DNA of 63,669 nt, the filler included, from Dimorphilus gyrociliatus (lineage: Eukaryota; Animalia; Annelida): NCBI GenBank assembly GCA_904063045.1. It is 3 parts of 3 records of this genome, joined end to end, with 100 filler letters (N's around TTAATTAATTAA, not from the genome) between each part and the next. Parts side by side here need not be neighbours in the genome. Positions count along the whole stretch, not along the records: positions 1 to 26,109 come from CAJFCJ010000091.1; 2 more parts are not named here. One strand, 5' to 3'. Of this stretch, positions 1 to 11,392 are shown piece after piece. Each line of letters opens with the position of its first letter. Position 1 is the first letter of the stretch. The position numbers and the translations under genes are program-made. The notes under the pieces were generated by a model, which was not told where the DNA came from, did not search any database, and saw only the letters and a program-made list of their open reading frames with translations.

Positions 1-469
1 ATGCTTGCCCACAGTTAAGAAATAGACAACTTCTGTATGTTGTTAAAGGAAATAGCTTTAGTTAACAAAGGCTTGAAGAGAAGAATTAAACATCTATAAA
101 GAATTCACACTATTTTTTTTAAATTGGAAACAGCTTGAAAATATAAATGCTACAATTAGTCAATAAATACTTTAAGCAATTTAGTCTACTCTTATATGAA
201 ATAATAAATAAATTTATGCTAACTGTGTGCTGGTTCAGTAAATTGTAATATTTAATTATTCAATAAATATATATTTTAACAGAATATAATATCTATGCTT
301 GCACACATACATTCATCAGCTATACTGTACAATAGAGAAGTAGTATCGAACTAGTATTGTGAGATGCAGATAGCACTGCTAGAGATAAGAAGTATTGACC
401 TAGTTTTGCATAGGGCAGTGTATACACATTGCTCAGTAATAAAACCTATTAAATTATATACAGAATAAT

Positions 470-1056
470 TTTTCATTATGGAAAAACTAGATATGGCCAT
501 AATACTTGATTACGACTTCTTACAAAATTCTGGAGTCATTATTAATTTTGCAACAAAACACGTTTCCCTTCCATTCTTTATCAGAAGAGGGGAACAAGTT
601 AAGAAGTTTATGCAACAATCCCAAAGTCAACAAACAAAAAATGGAAAACAACCAAATATGGAGAAAATAACTGTTGAAATGATGGGAAAACATTTTCAAA
701 ATTATCAAAACTAAACTGAAAATGTTGACAGTAAAACCTATTCAGATAATGATTTGGGAATTACTATAAATTCATCTGAAGAGGATACCTAAACTACATC
801 AGAGAATTAGATAAAAAAAATGGAAATGGAAACTCAATGAAAAGAGTTGGTGCATAAGAAAACTATCGAAGTTAAAAGAGAGCAAGAGAAAACCACAGTA
901 ACTCCTGAGATAGAAGAAACCAATAAATATTTAAATATCTCCAAAAATAACCTTGATAAGAGTAGAAAAGATTCCATAAAAATGATCAAGAATTATGAAG
1001 ATATTCTTGCTACAAACCAAAATGATATTGGTGGTTCACACAGAAAACATCCATAA
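470..1056 (+). mobile_element. Remnant of a Gypsy sister family: C-terminal half of the post-integrase second aspartic protease plus acidic linker
   Basis: MEKLDMAIILDYDFLQNSGVIINF...MEKITVEMMGKH aligns with MENLDIAIILGCDFLQTVGANLNF...LNKVTIAMMGQH at 23485-23660. Stops follow. Confidence 0.75.
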
Positions 1057-1080
1057 CAGAAAATGTCCACAAAATTAAAG

Positions 1081-1125
1081 TACTCAATAAATACTCAATG
1101 AATGAAATACTGGTGTTTTGTTGAT
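1081..1125 (+). repeat. Dispersed LTR-like repeat core (family B), copy 1
   Basis: tactcaataaatactcaatgaatgaaatactggtgttttgttg recurs at about 15085 (+), 49276 (+) and 61455-61500 (-). It contains an AATAAA/AATACA signal. Confidence 0.7.
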
Positions 1126-1912
1126 GCGGTCTTTCTGAACAGTAGCCAAGGAACATGCTACAGCCTAAGGAGTAGCAAATTGTAATATTATTTAGGTCCT
1201 TTTACAGATTGAGAACATTGTGTGTGAAATGTGTGCTATCCTCTATGGGTAAACCACAGAGGAGGAAGGGGGCCGACCCCAATCCAGTGCTAGCCCTTTA
1301 TTTTAGAAATATAACACAAAATGTTTCATAATGTGTAATATGATTTTTATTTCAATAGCTCACTGATAAAATCTTTTTCTTTGCTGTAGGATTTTTCTTA
1401 TGAGAAAACCAATATTTTCCATATCAGTCATTTTTTTTTTAAATGATCCTTTTACAAATGTATTTTTCATGATAAAATACTGATTGCTTGAAATCTGCAA
1501 TATATAATTTTTTTAAAAAATTAAAAAATCAAAGGTTTCAAACCTCAAATTTAATGTTTTCAATATCTAAATGTTCTTTAAATGATATATCATAATCATG
1601 AAGGAATTTTACAATTTCAAAAATTTTCTTTATACATGTTATATATTTGAAACTTGCATAAAACTTGAGATCTATTTTTAGATGAAGATATTTATCATAC
1701 CTTTCATTAAAAACAAAACAATTTCTTCTACTTCTATAAATAAATTCTGTAACTGTAATGTAAAATTTAAAAATATTGGCACTGATTTTAAAGGTAAATT
1801 TCTAGAATTAGGAAAATATAAAATTTCATTAGCTTTTAGAGCCTCTTGGATAATGCTTAAAAAAATTTCTATATTTGTTTTAATCTCAAGTTATAAATAT
1901 ATAGTATTTTCG

Positions 1913-1975
1913 GGATTGGGAGAAAACGGCCTTGGGAGAAAATGGCCTACTTTTGTGAGATAACAGCCCATAAAT
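1913..1975 (+). repeat. DNA-transposon terminal/subterminal repeat (GGGAGAAAA-y-GGCC units), probably the left end of the PHD-MULE element
   Basis: gggattgggagaaaacggccttgggagaaaatggcc; a homologous block lies at 41230-41300. Confidence 0.55.
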
Positions 1976-2312
1976 ATATTAACCTGTGATTATTACAAAC
2001 ATTACATATCTTCTACTTTTACCAGTTTTGTCTGATATTGCATAATATGAGCAGCCATGACACAGGAAGTTATTAGTATTTCCTGTTTATTTAATTAAGG
2101 AGGATAATAGAAAAATTGAAAGATTATCTTTGTATCATTTTATTGAAGAGAGAACTTTTACAGGTAACTTTTCTTTATGTGAATCATTAATAATTTGGTA
2201 TTAAAGGTCATTAAAGTTTTTCTTTCTTTATCAAAATTTCAAAAATATTTCTTTCCATAACTTTTACTTCAACTTTCTAATATTTAATACCTATTATTAG
2301 AAGATAACCAAC

Positions 2313-2780
2313 ATGCCATTGATTTGTTCAAACTGTGAAGGAAGATTTTTTGGAAGACAAAAAAGATTAAAATGTACAAATTGTAAAAATTTTCTCCATC
2401 AGAAATGTTTAAAAGGTAAACTTTCATTTATTCATGTTACATTTTCAAGTGAATATTTTTTTTCCTATTTTTAGGTGCTGATAATATATGTAAAGCTTGT
2501 AAAACTTCTGAACAAGAAACATCAATTGTTGAGAAATGTCAATGTTGCACATAAAATACTTTTGGGTAATCATTTGATTTTTTTTATCTTTTTGTGATAA
2601 TTATTTTTCAGATATCAAAGAGGGAAAATGTACTAATTGTACAATCATCTCTCTGAGAAAATGCTTTGTTCAGCTAAAGAGAATTCCTCAAACTTCCAAA
2701 AATACAATTTTTGACAGAGCAGCATCTGACATTGAAAGAGAAAATATCAGTGAAATCATTGACATTGATATTGAAAGTGA
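2313..2780 (+). pseudogene. PHD finger (C4HC3) exons, likely the 5' part of a Mutator transposase gene
   Basis: Spliced MPLICSNC...KCTNC...HQKCLK|GADNICKAC with GT-AG introns and an in-frame TAA near 2552. The same HxKCxK|intron junction occurs in the MULE near 8640-8700. Confidence 0.6.
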
Positions 2781-4265
2781 AGAAATAGACACTGATAATA
2801 ACAATTGTTGGAAATGCAATGTTAATCAGCATTTTGGTTGGAGTTTTTAGCCATGATGAAAATAAATGTTGATGTGTTGACATACTTGAGTCAATTCCTA
2901 ATTCATTAGCAAAGTTGATATGTTTGTTATGCCTAGTTAAAGTGTCTTGTATGTAGTCAAGAACTTGTTGGAACTGTTGATTTTTTTTTGCCAACATCAT
3001 CTTTTATACCTAATTGTAGTAACTCAGTGAGCCTTGCAACTTCCAGTTTTGGTTCTTCAATTTCATTGCTGGTTTTCATTCTGATTGACCTGGCAGCAGC
3101 TGTTTGGAATTTACAACCATTCTTTGCATAATAGATGAAAGTTTTCCTCCCAAAAGATGTGCCTTTCTGATTCCTTTCAGAATCCAGAGGGTTCTTTTTT
3201 ATTTTAAATAGATATTGTGTTTGGTCACATTCTCCATATCTTATATCTTCTTTTGTTATGTGGTAAGCATGGTGTAGTATTGGATCAATTGAAAATAGAA
3301 GACCTTTATACTTGATGAGGAATTGTTTTGAACACAATCCATTTTTTGTTATGATTCCCACATCACAAATTACTTGAACAGATTTTAGTTCTGTGCATGA
3401 GTTGAGTGTTGTTAGATCACCCATCCAGGTGCTGTGAGTTCCTTGTGTTGAATCCAATATTGTTGGAAGTTGAGGTGCCAAAGGTGAAAGCAATGCCACC
3501 ATCTTATTTCTCATTATAAACTCTTTGCATAAAAGTTGAGAAACTTGTTTAAAAACAGTTTGTAAATTTTGGAAGTTTTTATCAATATTATTAAGTAAGG
3601 CAGATGTTCTAACTGCATTTTCAATGTCTAATATGTGAAATTCTGGTTTGATTTTCATCATGTTTTCCTCTGCTCTCCATTTGGGCATTTTTGGGCTATG
3701 TTGTAATAGTGAAAACTTTCCATTTGCTTTCATTGTTTGAAAATGGTTCCCTGTTGGACTTTTATACCACATATTTAATTTTGGTAATGGATTGAAAGTG
3801 ATTTCTTTGTGTTTCAATGTGAAATCTTCAAGTCTGATTCTTTCAGCAGATTTCAATTGGGAATTTTTCAGCATTGTCAGAATGTAATTGTTATCTATAT
3901 CCCAAATATCAGGTGAAATAATGTCTTTTAGAATAAGTGTTTTTACTAATGGTGTTGATTGGGTTTTCAGCAACATGTGATAATTTCTATCACCTTCTCT
4001 ATACCAATCATTATAAGTTACAATATTTTGTTTATCTGTTTCATTTGCATTTCTCAAAAATGATTTCTTCTTTCCTTCAAACTTTTCCAGTCTTGTAGCT
4101 TCAATATTTGAAATAACTTGATATTTCCTTTCTGCTGCTAGTATGTTATTTACATAGCCTAACCCTTACTCTTTGAGATCTGTTCTTAATAAATCAAATG
4201 CTTTATGTGGAACCAATACTTTTGTTCCTGGTCCACCAAATCCTCTTATATATCCTCTTATATAT
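2780..4265 (-). mobile_element. env: env (class III fusogen-like) remnant of a second Gypsy family, C-terminal two-thirds including the TM helix
   Basis: ORF 2957..4057 aligns with 25363-26057 (ENAVRTSALLNNIDKNF vs EAAQTSTLLHGIDSNF; VALLSPLAPQL...MGDLTTLNSC vs MALLANLDPQL...MGELAIIKQC). GGPGTKV is shared at about 4235 and 25020. A frameshifted continuation (2674..3000) has the hydrophobic MLINIAFPTIVIISVYFFTF. Confidence 0.8.
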
Positions 4266-4269
4266 TTTA

Positions 4270-7200
4270 ACAAAACTAATTAAACAAATTGAGGTAGAAA
4301 ACAATTTTTCAATTCCGATTCAAATATTGTAGAACTGCAAAGTACAAAACTGTATAATTTTCTAAAAGTGGAAAGGGAAGAATTATTGGAATGTTGTAAA
4401 AGTCCTTTAATTGCAATTCTTGCAGCTGAAATCTGGGAAAGGAAGGGAGCAAGTCTGGAACACTGCAATATTTTCAACGATACCATTTAAATTCTATTCA
4501 ACAAATCAAAAAATAGAAATTTAAATTACAAAGCTGAAGAACTCATTGATGAATTTGGGGAAATTGCTCTTAAAAATCTATTAAATATCGATTTTGTCGT
4601 GGAATCTGATAGAGATAGATTAGAATCTACAGAATATCTTGCCAGATTACTCATACCCACAATTTCAGTTCATCCTGATAGGCTGAAAAAATACTTTAGA
4701 TTTATTCATTTTACATTCCAAGAGTATATTGCAGCTAAATATTTAATTAATCACTATATTTTAGATAATAGCAATGGAAAGAATCTATTGGCTGAGGAAT
4801 CATCAGATAATCATGTCATATTCAAATTAAACAGCGTCATGGGATTTATTGAACATTTGGACTTGCAAACTTATAAGGAAATTGTTAAGAATAACACAAA
4901 ATTTCTTACTCTTTTGGGTGTGAGCAATAAAATGGTAATTAAACTGTTAAACGATACAGAAATGAGCAACACCCTTCATCTAAAAGATATTAAACTGCGA
5001 GAAATTTATCTAGAACTCATAACATTAAAATATTCTAAAACTCCAATAAAGAAGCTTAAATTGGAGAACATTCTATTTAAATTTCAATCTCTAATAGAAT
5101 CATTTCTGGCTACAATTGAGCATTTACAAATAATCAATGATTTTCCAGATTACGTAATGACATTTCAATCATTTGAAATGATATTTAAAAAATTTTCATT
5201 TTTAAAAACTTACATTTGAAAAATATTCAAATAGAAAAATGGGAGAAATATTTATTCTCTGTTAAATCATTAAGAGTTTTATGTTTGAGTAGTATGGTTA
5301 TACCTGCTGAATTCTTATTGGATACCTCTTTAAATTGAAAAAGTTGGATCTCTCCTACTCCAAATGCAAACGTAAGTGAAAAATGGATTCATTTATTCTA
5401 AAAATAGAAATTCTTTCCTTTTCTTTTAGATAAAAATATATTGAATGATCTAAAGAGCCAAAAGCACCTAACCTCCCTCTTCCTTTGCTATTTTGAAGGT
5501 ATAAACAATTCAAATTTTTCAAATTTAATTCAAAATTTAGAACAAAATGGCAGATTAAATGAAATTGGTCTAAGTGGTTTGAAATTGAAAAATCACAATT
5601 GGAATATTCTTTTTAATTATCTTATGGACCATGCTAAGGACCTAATTATATTAAAATTGAATAATTGTAATATTGAAATCAGTCAGGAAGAATTCAAAAA
5701 TTTATTATTAAAACATAAAAACTTGAAAAATTTACAAATAGAAGGAAATTTATTAACGAATGTCAATGATTTCTCTTCATTTTTCAAGTCGATTAGCAAT
5801 CTAAATCAATTTGGAATGCCAAAAATTTTTTTTATCGAAGAAAATTTTAACTTACAACAACTCAATCGAGTGGAGTTCATTTCTCTTTTCTCATTGAATC
5901 TTGATTTAAACCATTCAAGTAAATCTTGTTGGAAAGTAATAGTTCAACTACGTTTTACAAATTGCCAATTAACATCAAGATTTTTATGTACATTCACAAA
6001 AAATATGCATAAATTCACAACACTTGAACATTTGAATCTTTCGAAAAATCATTTTGAAAATGAAGCTATGAAATCATTTTTTGACAAATTGGTAAAATTG
6101 AATTTTGGAATAAGGCATTTATATCTTTTTGAACAGAAATTAACTCTAGACATCACTTTAGATTTGGTTACCAATTTGAAAAAATGTAAAGATATGTTTC
6201 TGTTGAACTCGTTGAAAATTGTTTCATCGAGTGATCAAATGTTCTCCGATGAATTTCTAAATAGTAATTCATTTAATTTAATTGCTGTAGAGAGAATTTA
6301 CAAGATATTCTCGCAGATTATTGAATACGAAGTAGCCGATTTAGACATAGTTTCTCTGCTAATATGCTAACAATACTTCAAAAAACTGACAATATTAATA
6401 TAAAAAGTATAAGGATAAGCAAAGGATTAAAGAATAAACTAGGATTATCGCAAATTAAAGATTTCTTACGTAATATGTCATTCATTTCAAATTTCAGTAT
6501 TGATGAAATTACTGATGAAGAATTTTGTAAATATATTGAACAGTTTCTTCAACATCAAAGACAGTTAAAGTCAATTTCTATTGGTTTTAACCATTCATTA
6601 TGCCTATAATTAAAGAGGAAAATTTGCTACCTAAATTCTTTCCAGCCAATTTCCAACTGACAGAGCTTATTCTAAAAAAGATTTTAATAACAATTGATAT
6701 CAGCGCCTCCTTGGGGGAATTTATATCAACTCAGAATAAACTTATCAGATTGAATCTTAGTTTTACAAATCTTAGTGGCAAAGTTGGAAAAAGTCTATTT
6801 TCAAATATTCAAAACTCCTGCCGCAATATTGAGCATTTAGATCTGACGAAATGTCTATTTTCTAATGAAATGGCTAGTCCCCTGGGAGCATTTATTGGTC
6901 ATCAAACAAAATTACAATGTCTAATTATCAGCAATGTTAATTTTGAAGAAGGAGTCGGTATCCATTTATTTGAAGAAATATCCCAATTGAACGATAATTA
7001 TTGTCGTAGTATTGAATTATTGGATTCTAGTAGTTGTATTCTTTGTCCAGATATGAGCAAATACATGGGAGAGTTTCTTTCCAAGCAAACTCAACTGAAA
7101 GAATTAAATTTCTGCTAGACTGATATCTCTGGTCAGATTGGGAAAAATCTATTCGAGCAAACTCTTCAATTATGTTCAAACATTGAAGTGCTCAAATTAG

Positions 7201-7273
7201 GAAATGTAAAAGATACTATTGCGGCAGCTCCAATAGGAATATTCATTAAAAATCAACAGAATCTTAAACAAGT
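4270..7273 (+). pseudogene. NLR-like gene remnant: NACHT HD1/winged-helix/HD2 plus ribonuclease-inhibitor-type LRRs, 5' truncated
   Basis: LLECCKSPLIAILAAEIW (HD1) and FRFIHFTFQEYIAAKYL (WHD motif), then LxxLxLS/N repeats to about 7270. In-frame TAA 4488, TAG 7116 and frameshifts. The Walker A/B region is absent. Confidence 0.85.
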
Positions 7274-7600
7274 AAGAACAAAGGCTCCAAATACCATTTT
7301 ACTTAGAAAGAATCTTTAAGCAGCTTGCTAACTGTTTCTGGCGCTGAAGAGAGGAATTTAATCATCATAAATATATGCATAAATTCATGCTAACCATGCT
7401 TGTAGAGACATCATAAACCATTGCAACTCTTAAAGGCCCAGCTCTTACAACATTGAATCTAGGAGATTCCCAAGAACTTTTTTCCATTGCACATGTGATT
7501 TTGAGGATTTTGGGCGTAAGACCTGGAAGACTTTTTGCGCATTTTACTTTCTTTACAGCACCACCTGGTGTAAACCTGACAATGATAGGAACTTTTCAGA
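7270..7600 (-). pseudogene. CLCA-like (calcium-activated chloride channel regulator) fragment: Cys-rich end plus start of vWA
   Basis: Frameshifted reading AQNPQNHMCNGKSSWE, PRFNVVRAGPLRVAMVYDVSTSM, intron, QAA*RFFLSKMV resembles the CLCA pattern APNxQNxxC...SxWE, PxF...LVLDVSGSM, QAAxxFL. Confidence 0.55.
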
Positions 7601-7799
7601 ATATATCATGAATTATTGAAGAAAACTTTTGCAAAAACAGGGTAGGAGAAATTAATTTAAAATATAATTCTTATATGTATGAATCATTGAATGAAGTATT
7701 TCAAGTTTTAGAATCATCTTCAGATACTTTGGAGAAGATTTATGTTCAGTTAGAATTCAGTTTAATTTTCATTTTCATTGTAAAGACTTTTTTTTGAAT

Positions 7800-8760
7800 T
7801 ATGGAGAAAATGTCCACTGAAGAAAACGTCCCCTGGAAAAAACGTCCACTGATTGGAGAAAACATCTGCTATGTGAAGAAAACATTTAAAAACACTTTTT
7901 TAAAATTTATTCAACTTATCCAATACATTCTCATAATGCAATCACTTTTGGTAGCCATTTTGAAGTCCAGACAGGAAACAGTTCTAGGATCTTCTATGTT
8001 TTTCATGGAAAGTGAATATTGTGCACATTTTATCTGCAATCTTTCAGAATTTTTGGCAGTTTGAAATATATTCCCCTTATGAAATGCAATCTTCAGCAAG
8101 AGGTCAGCAAATGTAATCATTCCCAATTTGTATTCATCCCAAACAGCAAATATTTGGTTTTGCATCTGGATCACACTTTCCTCTGATATTCTTTTGTTAT
8201 GGTTGTGTTCATGGGATACGACAGAAAACGTCCCCAAATTCATGATTTAACCCTAACCCTAACCTAGCCCTTGTCTCTCCTTAACCTTTTTGATTGCTCC
8301 TTACCCTTAGATGGAACCCCCCTAACTATAAATCAAAAGCTACTTTATCCCTCCTAACCATTTTTCAATCCGAAATGTTGCTTTCAAAAATCTCATTTGG
8401 GGACGTTTTCTGTCGGCCCAGTGTTCATGTTTACTATTTATGAAAATATTTCCTTTTTGTTGAATAATAACTTGACATTGAACATTCCTATTTCTAACAG
8501 AACATCTCCAGATGGTTCTCTTGTCACTTCTGGATTTTATATTAAAAGCATAGCAATTGTTGGTCAATACTCTTTGAGATTCTAAATTAAAAATGAAAAA
8601 AGTGAATAATTGAATAAAAACATATGAACAGTCAGAGACCTTTGATGCATTTGGCATGGACATAGTCTTGGCAGTCACTGTATTTCATATCAGACGGTTT
8701 ATACTACTTTAGCAGTTAAATTAACCAATTAACTTTGATTCCAAATGGGTTATGATCATC
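7800..8760 (-). mobile_element. Internally deleted Mutator (MULE) element: PHD piece, FLYWCH, C-terminal tail, subterminal GAAAACGTCC repeats
   Basis: FLYWCH (YAFNIKSRSDKRTIWRCSVRNRNVQCQVIIQQKGNIFINSKHEH), MULE tail QNQIFAVWDEYKLG, repeated gaaaacgtcc at 7805-7870. No DDE core. Confidence 0.8.
8213..8419. mobile_element. MITE (about 207 bp) with asymmetric TIRs and internal CCCTAA repeats, family A
   Basis: TIR cgacagaaaacgtccccaaat / atttggggacgttttctgtcg, ends GGGATA and GCCC, flanks tgtgttcat / agtgttcat (9-bp TSD with 1 mismatch), internal aaccctaaccctaacc. Confidence 0.85.
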
Positions 8761-8897
8761 TTTTTAGTATTGCTCACATTTTCATGAAAGGTACTTTCTT
8801 CACCTAATTATCTACAAGCAAAGAATAAATATAAAGCAGACTGAGTCCAAAGAGTTGTGTAGTGTCATAAAAAAATGTATATATATATATATTCCAT

Positions 8898-8997
8898 TAC
8901 CCCTAACCCATAGAGGAGACCCTCCTAAGTATAAATCAGTTGCTGTCTTCTTCTCCCTAACAATTTCTTACTTATGGACATTTTCTGTCAACCCCCT
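8898..8997. repeat. Partial MITE family A copy (right half)
   Basis: ccctaacccatagaggagaccctcctaa...ggacattttctgtcaaccc matches the right half of 42406-42610. Confidence 0.7.
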
Positions 8998-9333
8998 AGT
9001 TTTATGCTTGTATTAATTAGACTGTTTATTAATATACAGTATATTCAGTAAACATTCTGAAATATTCATCAAAAAAAAAATGAGTGATAAGCCATCTCTC
9101 ATGGAAAGATTAAATACAATCATAGTGTATTCTGTGTTTAGTCTGCATTTATGTCTCCATCATTCAAAACATTTAATAAAATATATTTTCTACAGTGTAG
9201 ATTGTTATTTTTATCAGAAAATGTGATTATTAAATTTTAGAAAGACTTAACTTGACAGTACATTTTCAAATATGAAAAATATATTCAGTGTTAACTTGAG
9301 TACTTTCTAAAAATCATTAAACTAATATGAATG

Positions 9334-10215
9334 TTAATCAATTCTTTTGAATAGATAATCAGTTAACTTCAAAGGTTTCAGAATATCATTTACATCAAGC
9401 AACCAACAAGAATTTTTATTTCTTTGTACAACACTTCCTTTTAAGAAATTGTTGTCAACTTGAACAGAAGCGATTTCATTATTCAGGCTATCATCCCCAA
9501 TTTGGACTGGTGAGAAGAATGTAAATTGTTTCTTGCCAATATCTCCGATTAGTCCATTCATTTCATTGTAATCTTTAGGCATAAGCCTAAAGTTTACATC
9601 CAGGTGCATTTCCCCTAAAAAATGGTTAGATTTTTCAACAGCAATGGCAATTGATGATTTTAATTCAGTAAAAATAATCTTTTGGCCATTTACAATTTCA
9701 AATTTCAATTGATTAGTCTGCATAATCATTTCTTTTGAATTATCACTCCATTCAATTGTATTTTTACCGCCAAGGAGAATATTATTTAATGATACAGTGA
9801 CATTGGCAGATGGAGATTAAATGACAATTTGATGCATATAATAATCATCTTTCAGTTGGCCAAAAACCTTTATTCCACTGTCAGAATATCCAGCAATATA
9901 TATATAATCTCCCATTTGCCCAGTTACATCATAACATATTTGTTTAGTAGACATTGTGGATTTGTCAACAACTTTTTGTGCGGAGTGTGGATCTCCTGTT
10001 GCAGATGCCCATGGCGATGGAGCAGAGCCTGAAAAGTAAACTGGCATTTCAGAATGGAATGTTTTTCCAGATGCTGTGCATGTTGCATCTATGAGAAAAG
10101 AATCCATGGAATCAGTTTTAGTAACTGTGATTATTCAAGGATCTTGTCCAATTACAGTTGGTCCCACACTATCTACTGTAGCTATCGAAGCATCTGGTCG
10201 ATCTATCCTGAAGTA
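9334..10215 (-). pseudogene. 3' exon encoding a GDPH-containing ITIH C-terminal-like domain
   Basis: ASATGDPH...QICYDVTGQMGDYIYI...GIKVFGQL fits the ITIH-type GDPH..LCF.I.G.PG pattern. One frame runs from about 10210 to 9334, interrupted by in-frame TGA (about 10140) and TAA (9817). Confidence 0.65.
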
Positions 10216-10244
10216 GAGAAATGTAGATATATAATTGATGATGG

Positions 10245-10292
10245 ACAATTTGAAAATACCCACTAACCTGTTGAAAACGCCCACTGAATTAA
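10245..10292. repeat. Subterminal repeat of MITE family B (GTTGAAAACGCCCACT units)
   Basis: gaaaatacccactaacctgttgaaaacgcccactg matches 41920-41985. Confidence 0.6.
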
Positions 10293-10367
10293 AATCATGT
10301 TGCTTTATCCAACAGGCAGATAATAAGTAGGAGAGAATTCTGTAGAGAGAGAAAAGTGGGGGATTGA

Positions 10368-10445
10368 AAATTGGAAAAAAGTAATTTTTTCTGATGAATC
10401 AAAGGTTGAGCTGCATCCCAGGAGGATGGAGTTTGTTAGGCGGCC
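10368..10445 (+). mobile_element. Tc1/mariner transposase scrap (first DDE motif)
   Basis: NWKKVIFSDESKVELHP matches the Tc1 WxxVxFSDESKF motif. Confidence 0.75.
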
Positions 10446-11392
10446 ACGTCACATGCCAAACATATGCTACCGCAAACTGCAGTTATATCAAACAAACCAC
10501 CCTCTTTATACTTTGTTGGAAAATCCAATACCTGATATTCAAACTGCAATTTGGTCTCGTAATTGGAGAGCTAAGGAATTAAATTGTACATGTGATATCT
10601 CATTTGAATTATTAGGTTGGAATCCTCTTCAAATGAGATCATTCTTTCAAAATTGCTGTAAATGATGGAAATATTCAAAAGAGTTTAGAATTTTTTAAAA
10701 CATTTTTGCAGCTGATGTTGGTGGAAATCCAAAACGTTTAAATATTGACTTCCAATCAACTTACAGCAATACAGAAGAAGAAATTGTTGAATTGGATTAT
10801 AAAAACATACAATTTGTCTTGGTTTGTGTGAGATGACTGTTGAAAAGATTACAATGACAGTGAAGTGCAAAATGTGAATAGATGATTTTGGTGTGTATGT
10901 ATTCAATTTGAAATGGAGCTTAAGTAAGTGAACTTTTACACTTTATTTAAACATTTCAAAATAAATAATAATTACAAAAAACAAAACAGTTTTGTTGGAA
11001 AATAATTTGTTATCAGCAACTAGCCAGAAGGTAATAAATATCCCTGAGGAACTGGAATAGGATTAATGGGGATAATGAAATATTTTGTAAATTATTAAAC
11101 AACTACATACAAAGGATATTTCAATGCAGTTTCCCAAAGTGGGACTAACGTCTTGCTGGAGGTAATAACCAGATAGATATTGTTTCTAGATGGATAGTTT
11201 TTAAATAGAATTTTCGATAAGAAATATTGGAATGTTTACTATTTCAGAATGTATGTTAAATGTTGAAAAGAATGCAAAAGGTATATTTGAAGGTGTCAGG
11301 CTAATGTCTTTGTTATTGAATTTTTGCTTTTTCAACCCTATTTTTAAAAATTATCCAGTTAACCATTGTTTGAATAGAGTACATTATTTATT

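Noticed and set aside
1500-1900. Possible second NLR/LRR remnant on the minus strand
   Set aside because: Only Leu/Ile/Phe-rich composition with many stops; no diagnostic motif.
8250-8270. (CCCTAA)n tracts as interstitial telomeres or chromosome fusion scars
   Set aside because: Only 2-3 units each, at a fixed position inside a TIR-bounded MITE.
10700-10925. Plus-strand exon-like piece with DFGVYVF (Ig-like)
   Set aside because: Frameshift and stops, lacks the canonical Cys, and no neighbouring exons identified.
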